DNA of 64,000 bases from Thalia democratica. Lineage: Eukaryota. The stretch is from positions 41,912,001 to 41,976,000 of the forward strand of contig OZ241833.1 in assembly GCA_965202585.1 (NCBI GenBank), read 5' to 3'. Numbering within the stretch: position 1 is the first letter of the stretch; each line of letters opens with the position of its first letter. A program made the position numbers and the translations under genes. The notes under the pieces are model-generated. The model saw only the letters and a list, made by a program, of their open reading frames with translations. It was not told the origin of the DNA and made no database searches. Of this stretch, positions 12,555-25,301 are shown piece by piece.

Positions 12555-12960
12555 CCATCAGCTCAACAAGTTATTGTGAACTCAAACAAGTTATACGAGC
12601 CATGAACTCAATAAACTCCGTGAACTCTGCTTGGCGATGAACTAAAAAGTTTGGTGAACTCAAACTGGGTAATAAATCATGATTTAACAGCTTGCTAATA
12701 TCTTCTCTTAAACCTAAACCATAAACTCAACAGACTAAATAATGTTTAAAGTATTTTGCTACGACAAAATATTGAAGAAAATTGCGTTTAAATTCTGCAA
12801 TAAGTTAAAAAAAAATTTAACAAAAACATTTTAAAACAAACAAGGAAAAAACTTGTTGTTTTCTCACTTTAAAACACAGCATTAAAAATTCAACAAAGTC
12901 GTGTTGAACCCAGAGGGTGGATGAACTCAAAAGTTCTTGTGAACTCAAACTGCGAAATAA
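12555..12960 (+). repeat. Cluster of TGAACTCAA motifs (probable decayed repeat element)
   Basis: Many GAACTC(A/T) motifs; recurs at ~36985-37390 and ~63850-64000. Confidence 0.5.
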
Positions 12961-15900
12961 ATCACAACTTTACAGCTTGTAAATACCGTCTACTGCTTGA
13001 TGCTTTACTGAGTTTTTTTATTTATGTTGGATGGTGTTTGGATTAACTTTAATTTATTTAAAATGAGTGAGGCGTGCTAATTAAATTTTAACCTGATAAT
13101 TGAAGTGTTATTAAATTTATAAAGAAAACTTTTTATACTAACAAAGCTAAGTTAAAACTATTTAATTAAATAGAAGATAGTCTAAAAATTGATGGTTTTG
13201 TTGTAATTAAGATTTAAAAAAACTGTTAGTGAATTGTTAAACTCTGAAAAGGCTATTAAATTTCTTGAATAGTTATACATGTTTTAGCGCAAACCTTAAA
13301 TGAAAAAAGAAAATCTGAGGTATATCTCTGAATTTTATAATATAAAAATCTAATGTACAAATTTATGAAAGTTTTAACTAAATTAAATGAAAATTGAATT
13401 AGAAAAACTCTAGATTGAAGTATGCTAAGCAATATAATTAGTTAATGTTAAAAGTATTAGTTAAAGTTGTGATCTTGAATTAAAAATACACTGGTGAAAT
13501 TAGTAATAATTAATACATTTTTTTCTCAAGCTATGTCCGACTCTTTTATTTTATGATTATTTATTTGCCACTACTTCTTTATGTACTCGAAAACTCTTAG
13601 TAGCCTTAAAATGCCGTAGACTCAACGAAAAAATGGTAATTAAGTAATGTGTAATTGGCTTGTATAAGATATAAAACATGATGGTTGTTTAAATATCTTT
13701 TAAATATTTAAATAAAATTTGAAGTCATTCACCTAAAAGTTTACACAAACTTTTTTATAGTTTAGTTTAATTATATTTGTAAATTTAAACGCGAATCTCA
13801 CTTTTTTTTACTTGAAGTAATTTAATTTTTAATGTAATCAAAAAGTTTATGTGAACTCATACAATTAACTCAATGAAAATAACAAAATCATACAGTAGGT
13901 AGTCAGTAGTTCGCATAAAATTTAAAAAACAAAACATTGTGGCTCCTTAACGTAACATGGTGTCTATCAAATGTGTTTTCATTAGATTAAGTTTCGATGA
14001 ATTGTCGTAACTTGTTATATATTATATTATATATTACAACAGTTATTCGAATATCTTTAAAACAACCAAAATTGAAAGGTATTTTACTATAAAGTTTTGA
14101 ATTATTTTAACAGTTCTTAAATTGAAATAACTATGAAAAGGCTTGATGTAACATTATGATTATTTTAGCATTTTTGAAAAACGCAACTAATGTTTGGAGC
14201 TACTCGCCTAAAAAGTTTATATGTATGGTTTTTTAAGTAGACTGCTTAGGTTAAGTTGGTAGTTTTTAAAGACATGTTTTTAATAAAAATAATATTTTTT
14301 TGACTACTGAAGATTAATTATCTTTATTTTGTATTAAATATAAAGGTATGATGAATGTTAATTAGTATTTTTATTCAAAATAAACATTTACAAGAATAAA
14401 AATCAATTCAACAAATATGTTGAGTTCAAATTACTAATTACTTTATTAAATCCACTAATACTGTAACAAGTAACTTGCCGGTACCATAAAAAAAACTGGT
14501 TTACAGGTGAAATTAATGGCTTTTAATTAAACAAATCCGCAAAGTCAAAATTATCAGTCTACAAAAATTAATCACCAGAGATTTTATAAGAAATCTTGTA
14601 GCTAATCAGAAATTTATTTTTAGTTTAAATCGTAAACTAACACCTTTGAGCGCAAATATAAAACTTGCATGCAAATTATCCACTATGAAAACAAACCTTG
14701 AAATTAAATGCAAATTCGTTTTCGCAATTTCGTTTATTTGATTGCGGTCATATTGGTAAAGCTCGCAATGATAAATGCAACCTTCTAACCCGATTAACAA
14801 AGTCAGACTTGAATAAATAAACTCTAAGCTACAGAGTTGAGTATAAAACTAGTTGATGATAACAATTTGGTCATAAATCTGCTTTATTAAGAAGGAATTA
14901 CGATTAAACTTGTATTCAAATAGCAATGTGGTGATATATCGCTTTGTAACTTCCATTCAAAACACATTCATTTCTTACATTTATTTGAGGTTGAACAAAA
15001 TATACGATGAAGGTTTTATTGAAAAAATGTCCAAACTTGGATTTTATTATTGATTTTAAAATTTTAACCATTTTGGTGTGAAGTTTTAACGTTTGTACGA
15101 TAAGAAAAGTTTCTCAATAAATAAGTTTACGTTTTTTCATTCACCTAAGTAAGGCGCTTTTCCAAAGATGATCATATTATGAATTCATCGTTTTTATTTG
15201 ACGTCTTTTTTACATTGAATCAATAGATAACAAGACCATAATAAAATTTCTATCAATATGAAAGGCATGCTAAAACTTCGTACGTATTACTATTAGTGAT
15301 GTAATGACAAATCATGTTTTAAAGATAAATTTTCTCAATATTTTTCTACGTATTTACATCGATCAGTATTAACAAGAATGAATAAGAACAACTAACCTTT
15401 TAGTCATATTTTCCAAGAAATCAAAGTTATTTGAGATAATTAAAGTTATTTTACAGTGATTAGTTGTAATAATGAAAATAAGAAAATTTGTTTTAACTGA
15501 GAAACTAAAGTTTCATTTCCTTTAAAAGGATCTTTTTACAAGTAAATTAGTTTTTTATTTAGTTTTTAATAAAGTTTCTTTTAGTTGTGCAAAATTGGTT
15601 ACTTTTTATAAATTTATAAGACAATTAGTCTTTACAAAAACAATTAAAAAGTATACTTTTGAGTAATTTTTATTAAGCTTTTTAACAACTTTTTTTAACG
15701 AGTCTTTTATTTAAAGTCATAAAAATAATTTGTTGTCTTAAATTAAGTTACATCTGCTCAAAATGTTGTAAAAAATTGTAAGAAGTTTTAAAATTTTGAT
15801 TTAGTTTGTTATTCTTTCAGTAGTAACAACTACAAATAAGATTTTTAATGCGTCAATTTTGTTTAAAATGAAAAATAGATGCTACTTCAAACTTAATTGA

Positions 15901-17032
15901 ATTATCTATGATTGAATTGTTGTTGAGGTTATTTAATTTTTGAGTCAATTATTTGTTCTGATAAGCATTGAATAGGGAGTTAAAGTAGTAATTGAATAGT
16001 TTTAATTTACCATCTTTGTACAGTAATATAGAATGACATTAATTGACAGTTTGAATTAATTTGTATTATGATTACTTAAAACATTGTAGGAAATATTTCA
16101 AACTATTAAGTTATTTTCAGCTCAAAAATATAATGTTTTTAATAAAAAATATTGTAATAACTATGTATATAGTTCATAACCACTAGAATGACGCAGTAAA
16201 AATGTATAAATATTTGCTTTTTTATAAAACACCATATATTAAAAGGTTGTTTTATTACATTTTAGGCAGTAAGTTTACATAAAAAAAAAATCTAAATAAT
16301 ACTTTCCAGTTATTTTGTATGCCTTAAATAGTTCACTATTAGTTGTTTTTCAAGTTCTTCAAAGTATTGTTTAAATCGAAAAGTAAACAAAAATTTTTAG
16401 ATGTTTTTTTATTTAGTTAAAATGAATTAAATATAACTAACTTCAAGTACGTTCAACCTACTTGGCTAGATGCTTACAAAAATTACCTTGGTTTATTTGA
16501 AAAGTATGACCTATGTTATAAATGTTTCATTTTTTATTTATTTGGCGTTTAACACTTTAAATTTAAATAAAAAAAACAATTAATTTAAAGGATTTTATTT
16601 TATTGGTCTGTAAATAGTAAGAACATTGTTAACAAAATTGTAAGACAAATTGTATTACTAAGATTAAATACCAATGACACATAAATTCTTTGTAAGATAA
16701 AATTAGCATACAAAATTGTTTTTCAAATTTTATTAATTAAAATACAGCAGGTACATTTTTGACATTTGTTTTTCTTAAAAATAAATTTTATGAATCATAT
16801 GACAACAAAACTTTGAGAGAAAATTTTGACAATAGTTTTTATTGTCAAAATCTTCCTTATTTAAATAGTTGAACTTTACAGCTTTTAAAATGTTCAAAAT
16901 AATAAGCGTCAAAGCTACTACTACTGCCAAAAAGCTTACTATTGCTTTGCTAGTTTAACTGTTTACATTTAACACAAATAACATTATTAATAACATCGAC
17001 ATGAAAAATCTAGTATTATGACGTCATTACAG

Positions 17033-17172
17033 AGCCACGTGCCGCGGTGGTTGAAGGACACTCGGGTGTACAAGTGGCCGGAAGACTTTGAGGACCTGAT
17101 GTACCGAATCTACAAGGTGGCCAAGTACCGCACTCCCACGTTAGGGAAACCCCCTAAATGCACTATTACCAG
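17033..17172 (+). CDS. TRAF3IP2: C-terminal SEFIR exon, copy 1 (SHVPRWLKDTRVYKWPEDFEDLMYRIYKVAKYRTPTLGKPPKCTIT...)
   Basis: cattacAG acceptor (17031-32), phase 0. Joined to 2296 it gives FIPLLIGDANY-SHVPRW, colinear with recalled ACT1 FIPVLFPNAKK-EHVPTW. The 3' end is uncertain: possible AG|GTACGC donor at 17173, or read-through to the stop at 17302. Confidence 0.85.
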
Positions 17173-19712
17173 GTACGCTTTTGATTGTGTACGGTTTATT
17201 AGTAATTCACTAATATTCTGTTATCAGTTGTTTGATGAAATTACATTTTGTATGTTTTGCAACACTCAGACCAGCTTGGATGTTTTTACAAATTCAGGAT
17301 AGTTTTTGGAATTTTTTTTATTGCTTCTTTTAAGTCCTTTTGTTTTTATTTTGGTGTTTAAGTTTGATTAACAGTACTTTTTCTCTTTTAGTTTATTTTT
17401 TTATTTTAGAAAAATTTCAAATACTTTGGGTAGCTTGATATAACTCAGGTTGTTTTTTGCTCAAAGGGCGGGAACCTTATTGTTGTTGCCTCACAATTAC
17501 TTGCAGTAGGTTTGAAATATATTAAAATAAACAAATAAAAAAGAAAAAAAGAAAAAACAGCCAATTGTATTTTGACAGGTATGTCAATTGAAACAAGAGG
17601 GCTGCAAACTGCAAAAATTGATTTATTTGAAAAACTAAGTGGTCGAAAAGAAAAAATTGCGTAAGTTGTCCAAAAGAATTATTAAACGATCAAAAGTTAG
17701 AAAAATTAATTAAATATTTCAAAAATTTATACAATATGTCTACTCAATCATTCTGAAATGTTTTTGTTGTAGGTGAAAGTATTTTATTATGTGAAAAAAT
17801 ATTATTTTTGTGCAAAAAAAATGTTTATTTTAGTTTTATTGATTAAACCTGTCAATATTACTGAATTTAACATAATTATAAAATTATTATCAAAAAATTT
17901 TTGCTTTTAACACTTTTAGTTATTTTGATTTAGGACAAAAAAATAAGTACAATAGAAAAGTTTTTTATTTTACAGAGAAAATTCTGACAATTAGTTTATT
18001 TGTTTTAGTTAAGTAGAACTTTTTTTTCTTTTATAAAGAAAATAATCTTAAATGATTGTTGCATATAGTCTCGTTTTTAACTTGTTAAATTTTTGCATAT
18101 TTTTACTATTTAAAAGTATGTTTTTAATATTGTTTGTTTTTTAAATAAATGTATTTACTAACACTTTAAACAAGTTTTTATCACCTATTTTTTATGAACT
18201 ACTAAAAGTTGTTTTTTTTTAATTTAAACTTTTTTTTATGCATTATTTAAAAACTTTTCGTATGTTGTTTTTTTATGCAATTTTATAAGTCAGTCTGTAA
18301 TGTTATTACAGACATTTTGAAATTTAAAAAGTTCAAAAACTTATAAAATCATTTCACTTAAAGTTTTTTTTTCATGAAGGTTTTTAAAACACGTAAATGT
18401 TTTGTTAATGTTGTTATATTTTACTCAGATATCTTTATAGTGTATGTTCATTAAATAAATTCGTAAAACTTAATAATCTAGGTTTTAATAATGACTTTGT
18501 GAGAGTTAAATTTTTTTTTTTAATAGTTTTTAAGAATAATCAGATATAGAATTCATACCAGTGTATTTAATTTTTAAGATGTAAACAGCATTTAAGCTTA
18601 AAGTATTTAAGTTTTTCAATAATTTATAAAAGTATTTTTGTATTTATTATTTAAGTTAGTATCAAAAAGTTAATTATAAATACCGATGGTAGCCTGGTTT
18701 GAATTAATTTTTACCAATTCTGATAAGATAGACTTGTTATGTGTATTAAGATCCGTAAACATAAATTAGAAAAGTGCTTAATTACTTTGAAAAGCATTAA
18801 AAATAATTTAGAACATGTTAGTTTGATTTTAGTTAAATAACAAATTACTTACAATTTTGTTAATTTTGAGTGTAAGTGATTCTGAACGTTTCATTTCAAA
18901 CACTCAAAATTTGTTCAGTAATCTTAGTGATAGTGATAAAATTTTAACTTAAGTATTTATTTTTTTTAAACTTTAAGAAAAGTAGTTCTTGTGCAAAAAA
19001 AATATAAGAAATTTATTAAAATTTCAGCCTTTTAATGCGATTTCACTGTTAAAGATTGTGATTATATTAGGCGTTCAAATTAATTTTTATATTAAAACTT
19101 CAATTTTTGTTAGTTTCCCGTCGACTTAGTTTTGGAGTAAGTATAGGTTATTTTACAAAAAGAAGTATTAATAAATAAAACCAAAAAAAAAAAAACAGTA
19201 AAGGTAATTTGTAGTTTTATATGTGATGGTCTGAACGTTTTAAGTTAAAATAAATTCTTTTGTATTGCTAGAATTTTTAAATTTATATTATTTGATAAAA
19301 CTAAATATTCGTTATTATAATATAAATTTAATTGAACAACTCATAGAAATTATAACTAAAACTTTCAATTCAACATTTTGCCAGTATCTACAGCGAATAT
19401 ATTTATATTTTACTCTGTTTCTAAACTTTAAACAGTTTAAGTTTAAAAGAATGAGTTTTGAAGCATAATTTATTGTGTCACAGGTCTTTAAAAGTTTTTT
19501 GATATATTTAGTTTTTCATTAATTTTGTAGGTTATTATACGTTTATGTGTGTGTGATTGTTTGTGATATTATAGTTTGCATAGTTATTAAGTATAATTTG
19601 ATGTAGGTAAAAAATGTGATAAAAGTTAAAAGAATTTGGAAGGGTATATTACGTAGGTATATGTTTTTGGTGAAAAAAATAATTTCGCTCAGTATGAGCC
19701 AAGGCTAAATTT

Positions 19713-19738
19713 GGGGGGCTAGTGGGTGGGGGATAGGG
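19713..19738 (+). other. G-quadruplex-forming motif
   Basis: GGGGGG-CTAGT-GGG-T-GGGGG-ATA-GGG; unit 2 copy at 43994-44019. Confidence 0.6.
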
Positions 19739-19846
19739 ACGGCATGGTGTCAGCGACAGCGAGTGGTGAAAAAACAAGTAAATTTTTTAAATTTTATTTT
19801 TTAAAGAACGAAAATGGTGCAACCTCAGGAGAAGTCTGCGACTCCG

Positions 19847-19862
19847 TGGCGCCACCTAGCGG
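19847..19862 (-). promoter_or_regulatory. CTCF-like site
   Basis: Minus strand CCGCTAGGTGGCGCCA matches the CTCF core CC(A/G)C(C/T)AG(G/A)TGGCGC; unit 2 copy at 44128-44143. Confidence 0.45.
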
Positions 19863-20719
19863 TTAAAATTTTAAAATTATAATTTTATGCGACCAAATGT
19901 TTATTTACTTCAAGTTAGAACTTTTAAAACCTCAAATTTTAGTATATTTCCTTTAAATAAACCTTTTTAAACACGCTTAATCTAATATACTGCAAAAAAT
20001 AAATGTGAAGTCTCAACAATTATTTCTTTACGTGAAATTTTCTTTTAAAATTTAGATACAAAATAACTTAGACATAAAACGTGACCAAAATGCAAATAAA
20101 TTCTACATTAGAAATTCTATTTCTTTTACTTAGAGCTTTGAAAACTTCGACTTCTAGTAGGTTATTTTAATTTCAGTTAAAAATAAATGGTTTTTATTAT
20201 TAGAAATAAAGCAAAAAACTTCGTTGTAGTTTTTAAAGACACTTTAAAAGTTTTTCTAGATTCAAACGCATTAAACAGTAGCCTTACAAGGAATACATTT
20301 TCTTTTTGCATATGGTATATTTTATGTTGTTTTTATATGCTTAAATGAAGTTATAAATAAATAATGCTTCCAAACTTAAGAACAGTAAACTAATCAGCAG
20401 CACTTGCTGAGTAGTGGGTATTCTTAAAGTAAAGGAAAATTTGTAACAAGTTGATTATAAATTATATAAAACTCTAAAGTTAAAACAACATATTAAACAC
20501 AGCTAAATTAATTCCAAACAATAACAGTTTCTTTTAGTTTCATACAAAGCTTACTTATGAAAGAAAGGTTTAATATATTAAGTATTTAAATGGCATAAGG
20601 TTATTTTGAAGAATTAATGAATTAAAATTGTTATTTTTACTATAAAGTTTAAGTTTTTATTTAAGTTATATATATATATATTTAAGTTTATAAATCCAAA
20701 ATCAGCAACGATGACAAGA

Positions 20720-20798
20720 ACTTAATTGGCTATGTCGGTAGAGCGTTAGACTGGAAACCCAGACGTCGTGGGTTCAAATCTTAGTAGTGCAATTTTTT
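20720..20798 (+). pseudogene. tRNA-like unit resembling tRNA-Lys (pseudogene or SINE head)
   Basis: TGGCTATGTCGGTAGAGC (A box), GTCGTGGGTTCAAATC (B box), T6 downstream; acceptor and anticodon stems pair poorly. Copy at 44985-45063. Confidence 0.65.
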
Positions 20799-21087
20799 AT
20801 TTCACGCTGATTTTTTTAACAATAACTATTAAGGGTTGTCACATAATACATATTATCAAACATATAACTTTTGTTTATTTAAAATACAAAAGTACCATTT
20901 TATTAAAGAAGCAAACCTACTAAGATTGACATTTGAACATCGTCGTTGTCTTTTGTTAACAATAAAATATTTTGAAGTTTTGCTAAGCATGTTAGCTTTA
21001 GGTAGATACTTTATTACTTAGTAAACAAGAAAAATTGATATGAAATTAGGCACAAAAGTCAAACATTATAATATATGTATTCAATAT

Positions 21088-21163
21088 AAGTGCAGTTCAG
21101 TGTTAATGACTGTTATAATCAGTCTTATAGTATTAGGTTCGAGTCCAATGTCAGGCGCATTTT
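21088..21163 (+). pseudogene. Degenerate tRNA-like unit, parent unclear
   Basis: Perfect B box GGTTCGAGTCC, 5-bp stem/7-nt loop GACTG-TTATAAT-CAGTC, weak A box, T4 after. Copy at 45371-45446. Confidence 0.45.
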
Positions 21164-21638
21164 GTTAACTTTATTCATTCTTAAATTTAGTTTCGTTTTA
21201 AAACTCGATATACAAAACAAGTTGAACGTACTCAACAAAAATTCACATAAATTTTACTTACTTTTATTTTATTTTTTTTGGAACTTTAAAAACCTCCGAA
21301 TGTTGTACATAACTATTAAACAAAGTTATTTCCAAACTTAAAAAGTGCTTATCAGTAATCTAATGAGTAGTGGCTTGCTGAGTAATGAATAAAAACTATG
21401 AGTAAAAACTTTTTAAGTAAATGAGACTTTAAAACAAGCTTTTTTCTTCGAGTATGAAACAACTAAAAGAATATTTTAAGTTTGAAATATTAAACACATC
21501 TAAATTAGTTTTAAACAGTTACAATCCCTTTAGTTTCATAATAATAAAATATGCCTTAAATGTTAGTATGATGTATGTCGTTGATTCATATAAAAAACTG
21601 AAAGTAATTGACAAATTTGGTTTTTAGATACACCCGGA

Positions 21639-22471
21639 TTAATTTACTACTGTGTCTATGACTCTTTTTAAAGTCTTCTTTTTAAGTCTATGATGAAAAG
21701 AAATTATAACTAAAAATTTTTGTTTTATATTCGGAGTTTTATAATAATAACCTGTAATATTTTATGTGTGTACTTTAAAGTCTAAACAAGCATAAACTTA
21801 CTTGTTTATTATAACTTACCTTTAATAACGTACTTTTATTAATAATAGCATGTATGAGTGAAAATATATATGCAAAAATAAAGCCACATGCAAGTGGTGC
21901 AATAGCAGAGTGCTTGAAGCAGTCGGCCTGCGACCCAGACATCCTAGGTTCAAAACCGCGTGTGACCCGTTTTCTTCAATTTTTTTTAAATTAATTAAAT
22001 TAGTTTTAAAAAATCTACTTATATTTTGAAACAATATATATACATTTACACCTGTTTAATTTACTACTGTGTCTATGACCCTTTTTAAAGTCTTCTTTTT
22101 AAGTCTAAGATGAAAAGAAATTATAACTAAAAATTTGTGTTTTTGTTTTATATTCGGAGTTTTATAATAACCTGTAATATTTTATGTGTGTACTTTAAAA
22201 TCTAAACAAGCATAAACTTACTTCTTTATTATATTTTACCTTCAAATAACATATTTTTATTAATAATAGCATGTATAAGTGAAAATATATATGCAAAAAT
22301 AAAGCCACATGCAAGTGGTGCAATAGCAGAGTGCTTGAAGCAGTCGGCCTGCGACCCAGACATCCTAGGTTCAAAACCGCGTGTGACCCGTTTTCTTCAA
22401 TTTTTTTTAAATTAATTAAGTTAGTTTTAAAAAATCTACTTATATTTTGAAACAATTTATATACATTTACA
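21639..22471 (+). repeat. 421-bp tandem repeat, 2 copies, each with a tRNA-Arg-like unit (21883-21987, 22304-22408)
   Basis: AGTGGTGCAATAG (A box), GTCGGC-CTGCGAC-CCAGA, GGTTCAAAACC (B box), T4/T8 tracts; GCCACAT pairs imperfectly with GTGTGAC. Confidence 0.85.
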
Positions 22472-25221
22472 GTCTTATATTTAATACCCAAAAAGCTGGT
22501 ATTAATGTTGTTCAATGAACTTAATAAAACCCAGTTAAAACTTGATTGGTTTAAATAAAACTTGTCACTTTACTTCAACATAATATTGCATTGATAGCTT
22601 AGTAAGCTTAATTTATTACAAAAGTTATCATTAATCCTTATTTTTGATTTTTTTTAGGATTTTATACTGTAAGAGATTATAAAATAACTAGACTCTAAAT
22701 TTTTTGTGGGGCATAGTGAGTTTTGTAAAAGTAAAACATATTTTTTGCTGAGGATAAATTAAATTCCTAATAAGATTTTCTTTATTTGTACTGATAAAGT
22801 TTTAAGATTAATGCTTGAAAGGCTGAATGACATATATTTAATAAATTAGTCTTTTTACTTGTAGCCTTTAATAAAACACACATTAGACCCAATAACTTTG
22901 GTTCACTGAGTATTGAAATTTATTTCAATCTTTAAATGCATCAAAAAGAAACTAATTGTACAAACTTCTTAGATATTATGAATAAGACAAAGTTGTATTA
23001 AGCTATTAATCCCTCAACCATGGCATTATATAAGGAATATGTAAATAAAATTTCAATAAATCTGTATGTTAAAAGTGACAATTTATTTTCAACATTGTAT
23101 TTTTTTGTTTAAAGAGTTTACAGATAAGTTTGACTTATGTGTCAAAATTGAAAAATAGTAGTAATTTGAATTTTAACATGATTTTTGTACAGTTCAAGGT
23201 TACAGTTGGTTTCAAACAGGTAAAATTATAATTTTAAAACTAAACATATAATTAAGAAAGTTAGAATTATTGTGGGCGCTGAAAATTAATTTGTTAATCA
23301 ACAAATGTTTAGTTATTTAGTACGAGCTAAAATGTTTTTCAATAAAATGTTTCTCAATATTACTGAATTTAGCTTGTAAACAATAGAAGGGAAACCACCT
23401 AAAATTAAGAACTTTTACAATCAAGGACTAAATCTTGTTGATATAAAAAGAACTCAACAAAATAATCTAAATAAAAGTGTAAAGTTTTTGTTTAATATCA
23501 ATCTGAAATAAAAATTATAAAAAATATTAATATATATAATATACCTACAAAATAATGAAAAACTCAGCTGTAGTAGAAAACAATGCAATACGTTTCAAAA
23601 AGTAAACTTGTTTTTAAAACGACTTACATTTGATATATTGTGTTAGATGGATTAAAACATTGTTATATAAAGTCTTAAGACTCAATTTATCCCGTTTATA
23701 GCCCAGTTTTGTCATTTTGGTCCCGATTTGTGGCTAAGTTAGCTTTTTATTCAAAGTAGCGCCATTTAAAATTTAACTTCTTTAAATCTAGCTGTACTTT
23801 TACCACTTACTTCATATAATTTATTAATACTAGATATTCAATAGTTTAGTTATATGAAACCAGAAAATTCACACAACGATGAAAATACACAAAATATGGC
23901 AATTATGCTTAAAACTTAAAAAACATTTTACTTAAATATCAAAAACATTAAAAGATTGTCAGGAAATAACTTGTGCATTACATTATAACACTCGTTTCGT
24001 TAAAATGCATCATATAAGTTTAAAAGTTAAAAATTAATTTCGAATTTTTACGAACTAAAATACTTATATATTGTTTTTACAAACATTTTTTCAAATCAAA
24101 TTTAAGATTCACGAAACATTGCTTAGTAAACACTTTTACTTTTAGTCTTGTATTAAAAAGCTGGTCAAGTTTTTTTTTGTTTTATTTTACTTAATGTTAA
24201 CGATAGTATTTAAAAACTTTCAGGAGCTGTTAAAACTAGTTTAATAAAAAATATATTTGTCTAATATAGGTAAATATTTATACAACTTTCATCTACTAAA
24301 CTCGATTTTATTGTGAATTAGTTGTTTCTATATCTTAACAGCTACTTTCTTAAAAAGATGTATTAGAAATTTATCATTGAATGTATTTGTTAACAGTTTC
24401 TATGCGTGTATTGTGCAAACCACGTTGTAATAGTCTAAAATGTAAAAGAAAGTTTTATGTGTTATAGATTTATTTATCAGCTTTTTTACCAGCTAATAGT
24501 TTTCGTTTGTTTAGTCTACTACATTTATTGGATAGATATCTTAAAAGTTTCGTTTTGCCCTTTATCTAAATTAGAAAATATGTATAATATGTTTACAATT
24601 TACTTTTTTATAAGCAATGGTTGCACTAAAACACTTAAAACTACTTTTTTTTTTATTTACGACCCAGCTATAAAATAAAATGCATAAAAAAATATATATT
24701 AATGCTTATTGTTTACAACCAACTCACAAAAGATAGAGATTTTGTACAATAGTTAAGCAAGTATACACTTTCCAACTACTAAGCATTATCTGAGTATAAT
24801 TAAGTTATTATTTTTTCTAAACAGTATTCTTAACAGTTTTTTAATTGTTTTTTGAAAACAAATCAAGATGTATTTTGAAAATAAGTAAAACCTTTTTGTT
24901 CAAAGTAAAATTTTTCATTTCCATAAACTGTGCAATCTATGAATGAAATAAAAATATGTAAAGCAAGTTCATTAAGTAAGTAGTATTTATCATCTACTAA
25001 ACTAAATACACTAACTAAAGTTGTAATAAAGCTACTTAAAAAGCCTCTGTGTATGAGAAAATTTGCAAACAGGGTTTTAAACAGATAACTACTATCAAAT
25101 AAACTAAGTTTAGGTACATTTGCATATGTGCAACCTAACTAAATGTTGTAAATAAAATAAAAAGATTGTTAACTGAACGAAATTTTGAGTTAATATACTC
25201 AAAAAAATGCATTTACTGCAA

Positions 25222-25301
25222 GGTAGTATAGTCGAGCGGTTGTTGAAAAGCGATCGGGATCCAGTGACCCGAGATCGAGTCAGCTGCACTCCAACTTTTT
25301 T
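25222..25301 (+). pseudogene. tRNA-like unit resembling the 5' end of tRNA-Leu, left palindrome arm
   Basis: GGTAGTATAGTCGAGCGGT versus recalled tRNA-Leu GGTAGCGTGGCCGAGCGGT; weak B box GAGATCGAGTC; T6 downstream. Copy at 51584-51663. Confidence 0.5.

Noticed and set aside
14606-14800. 64-aa ORF conserved at 39086-39280
   Set aside because: Conservation is explained by the segmental duplication; non-ATG start and no recognisable motif.
17144-17154. NF-kB-like GGGAAACCCC
   Set aside because: Lies within the codons for G-K-P-P of the SEFIR exon, so it is explained by coding constraint.
19693-19777. Possible further coding exon in the GC island (ctcAG ... GTAAAT)
   Set aside because: Early stops in all three frames in unit 1 and nonsynonymous differences between copies; at most a tiny SMSQG* terminal exon, unsupported.
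19847-19862. Helitron 3' end (GTGGCGCCAC palindrome plus CTAG)
   Set aside because: CTAG directly abuts the hairpin and is followed by C rather than T; no 5' TC end identified.
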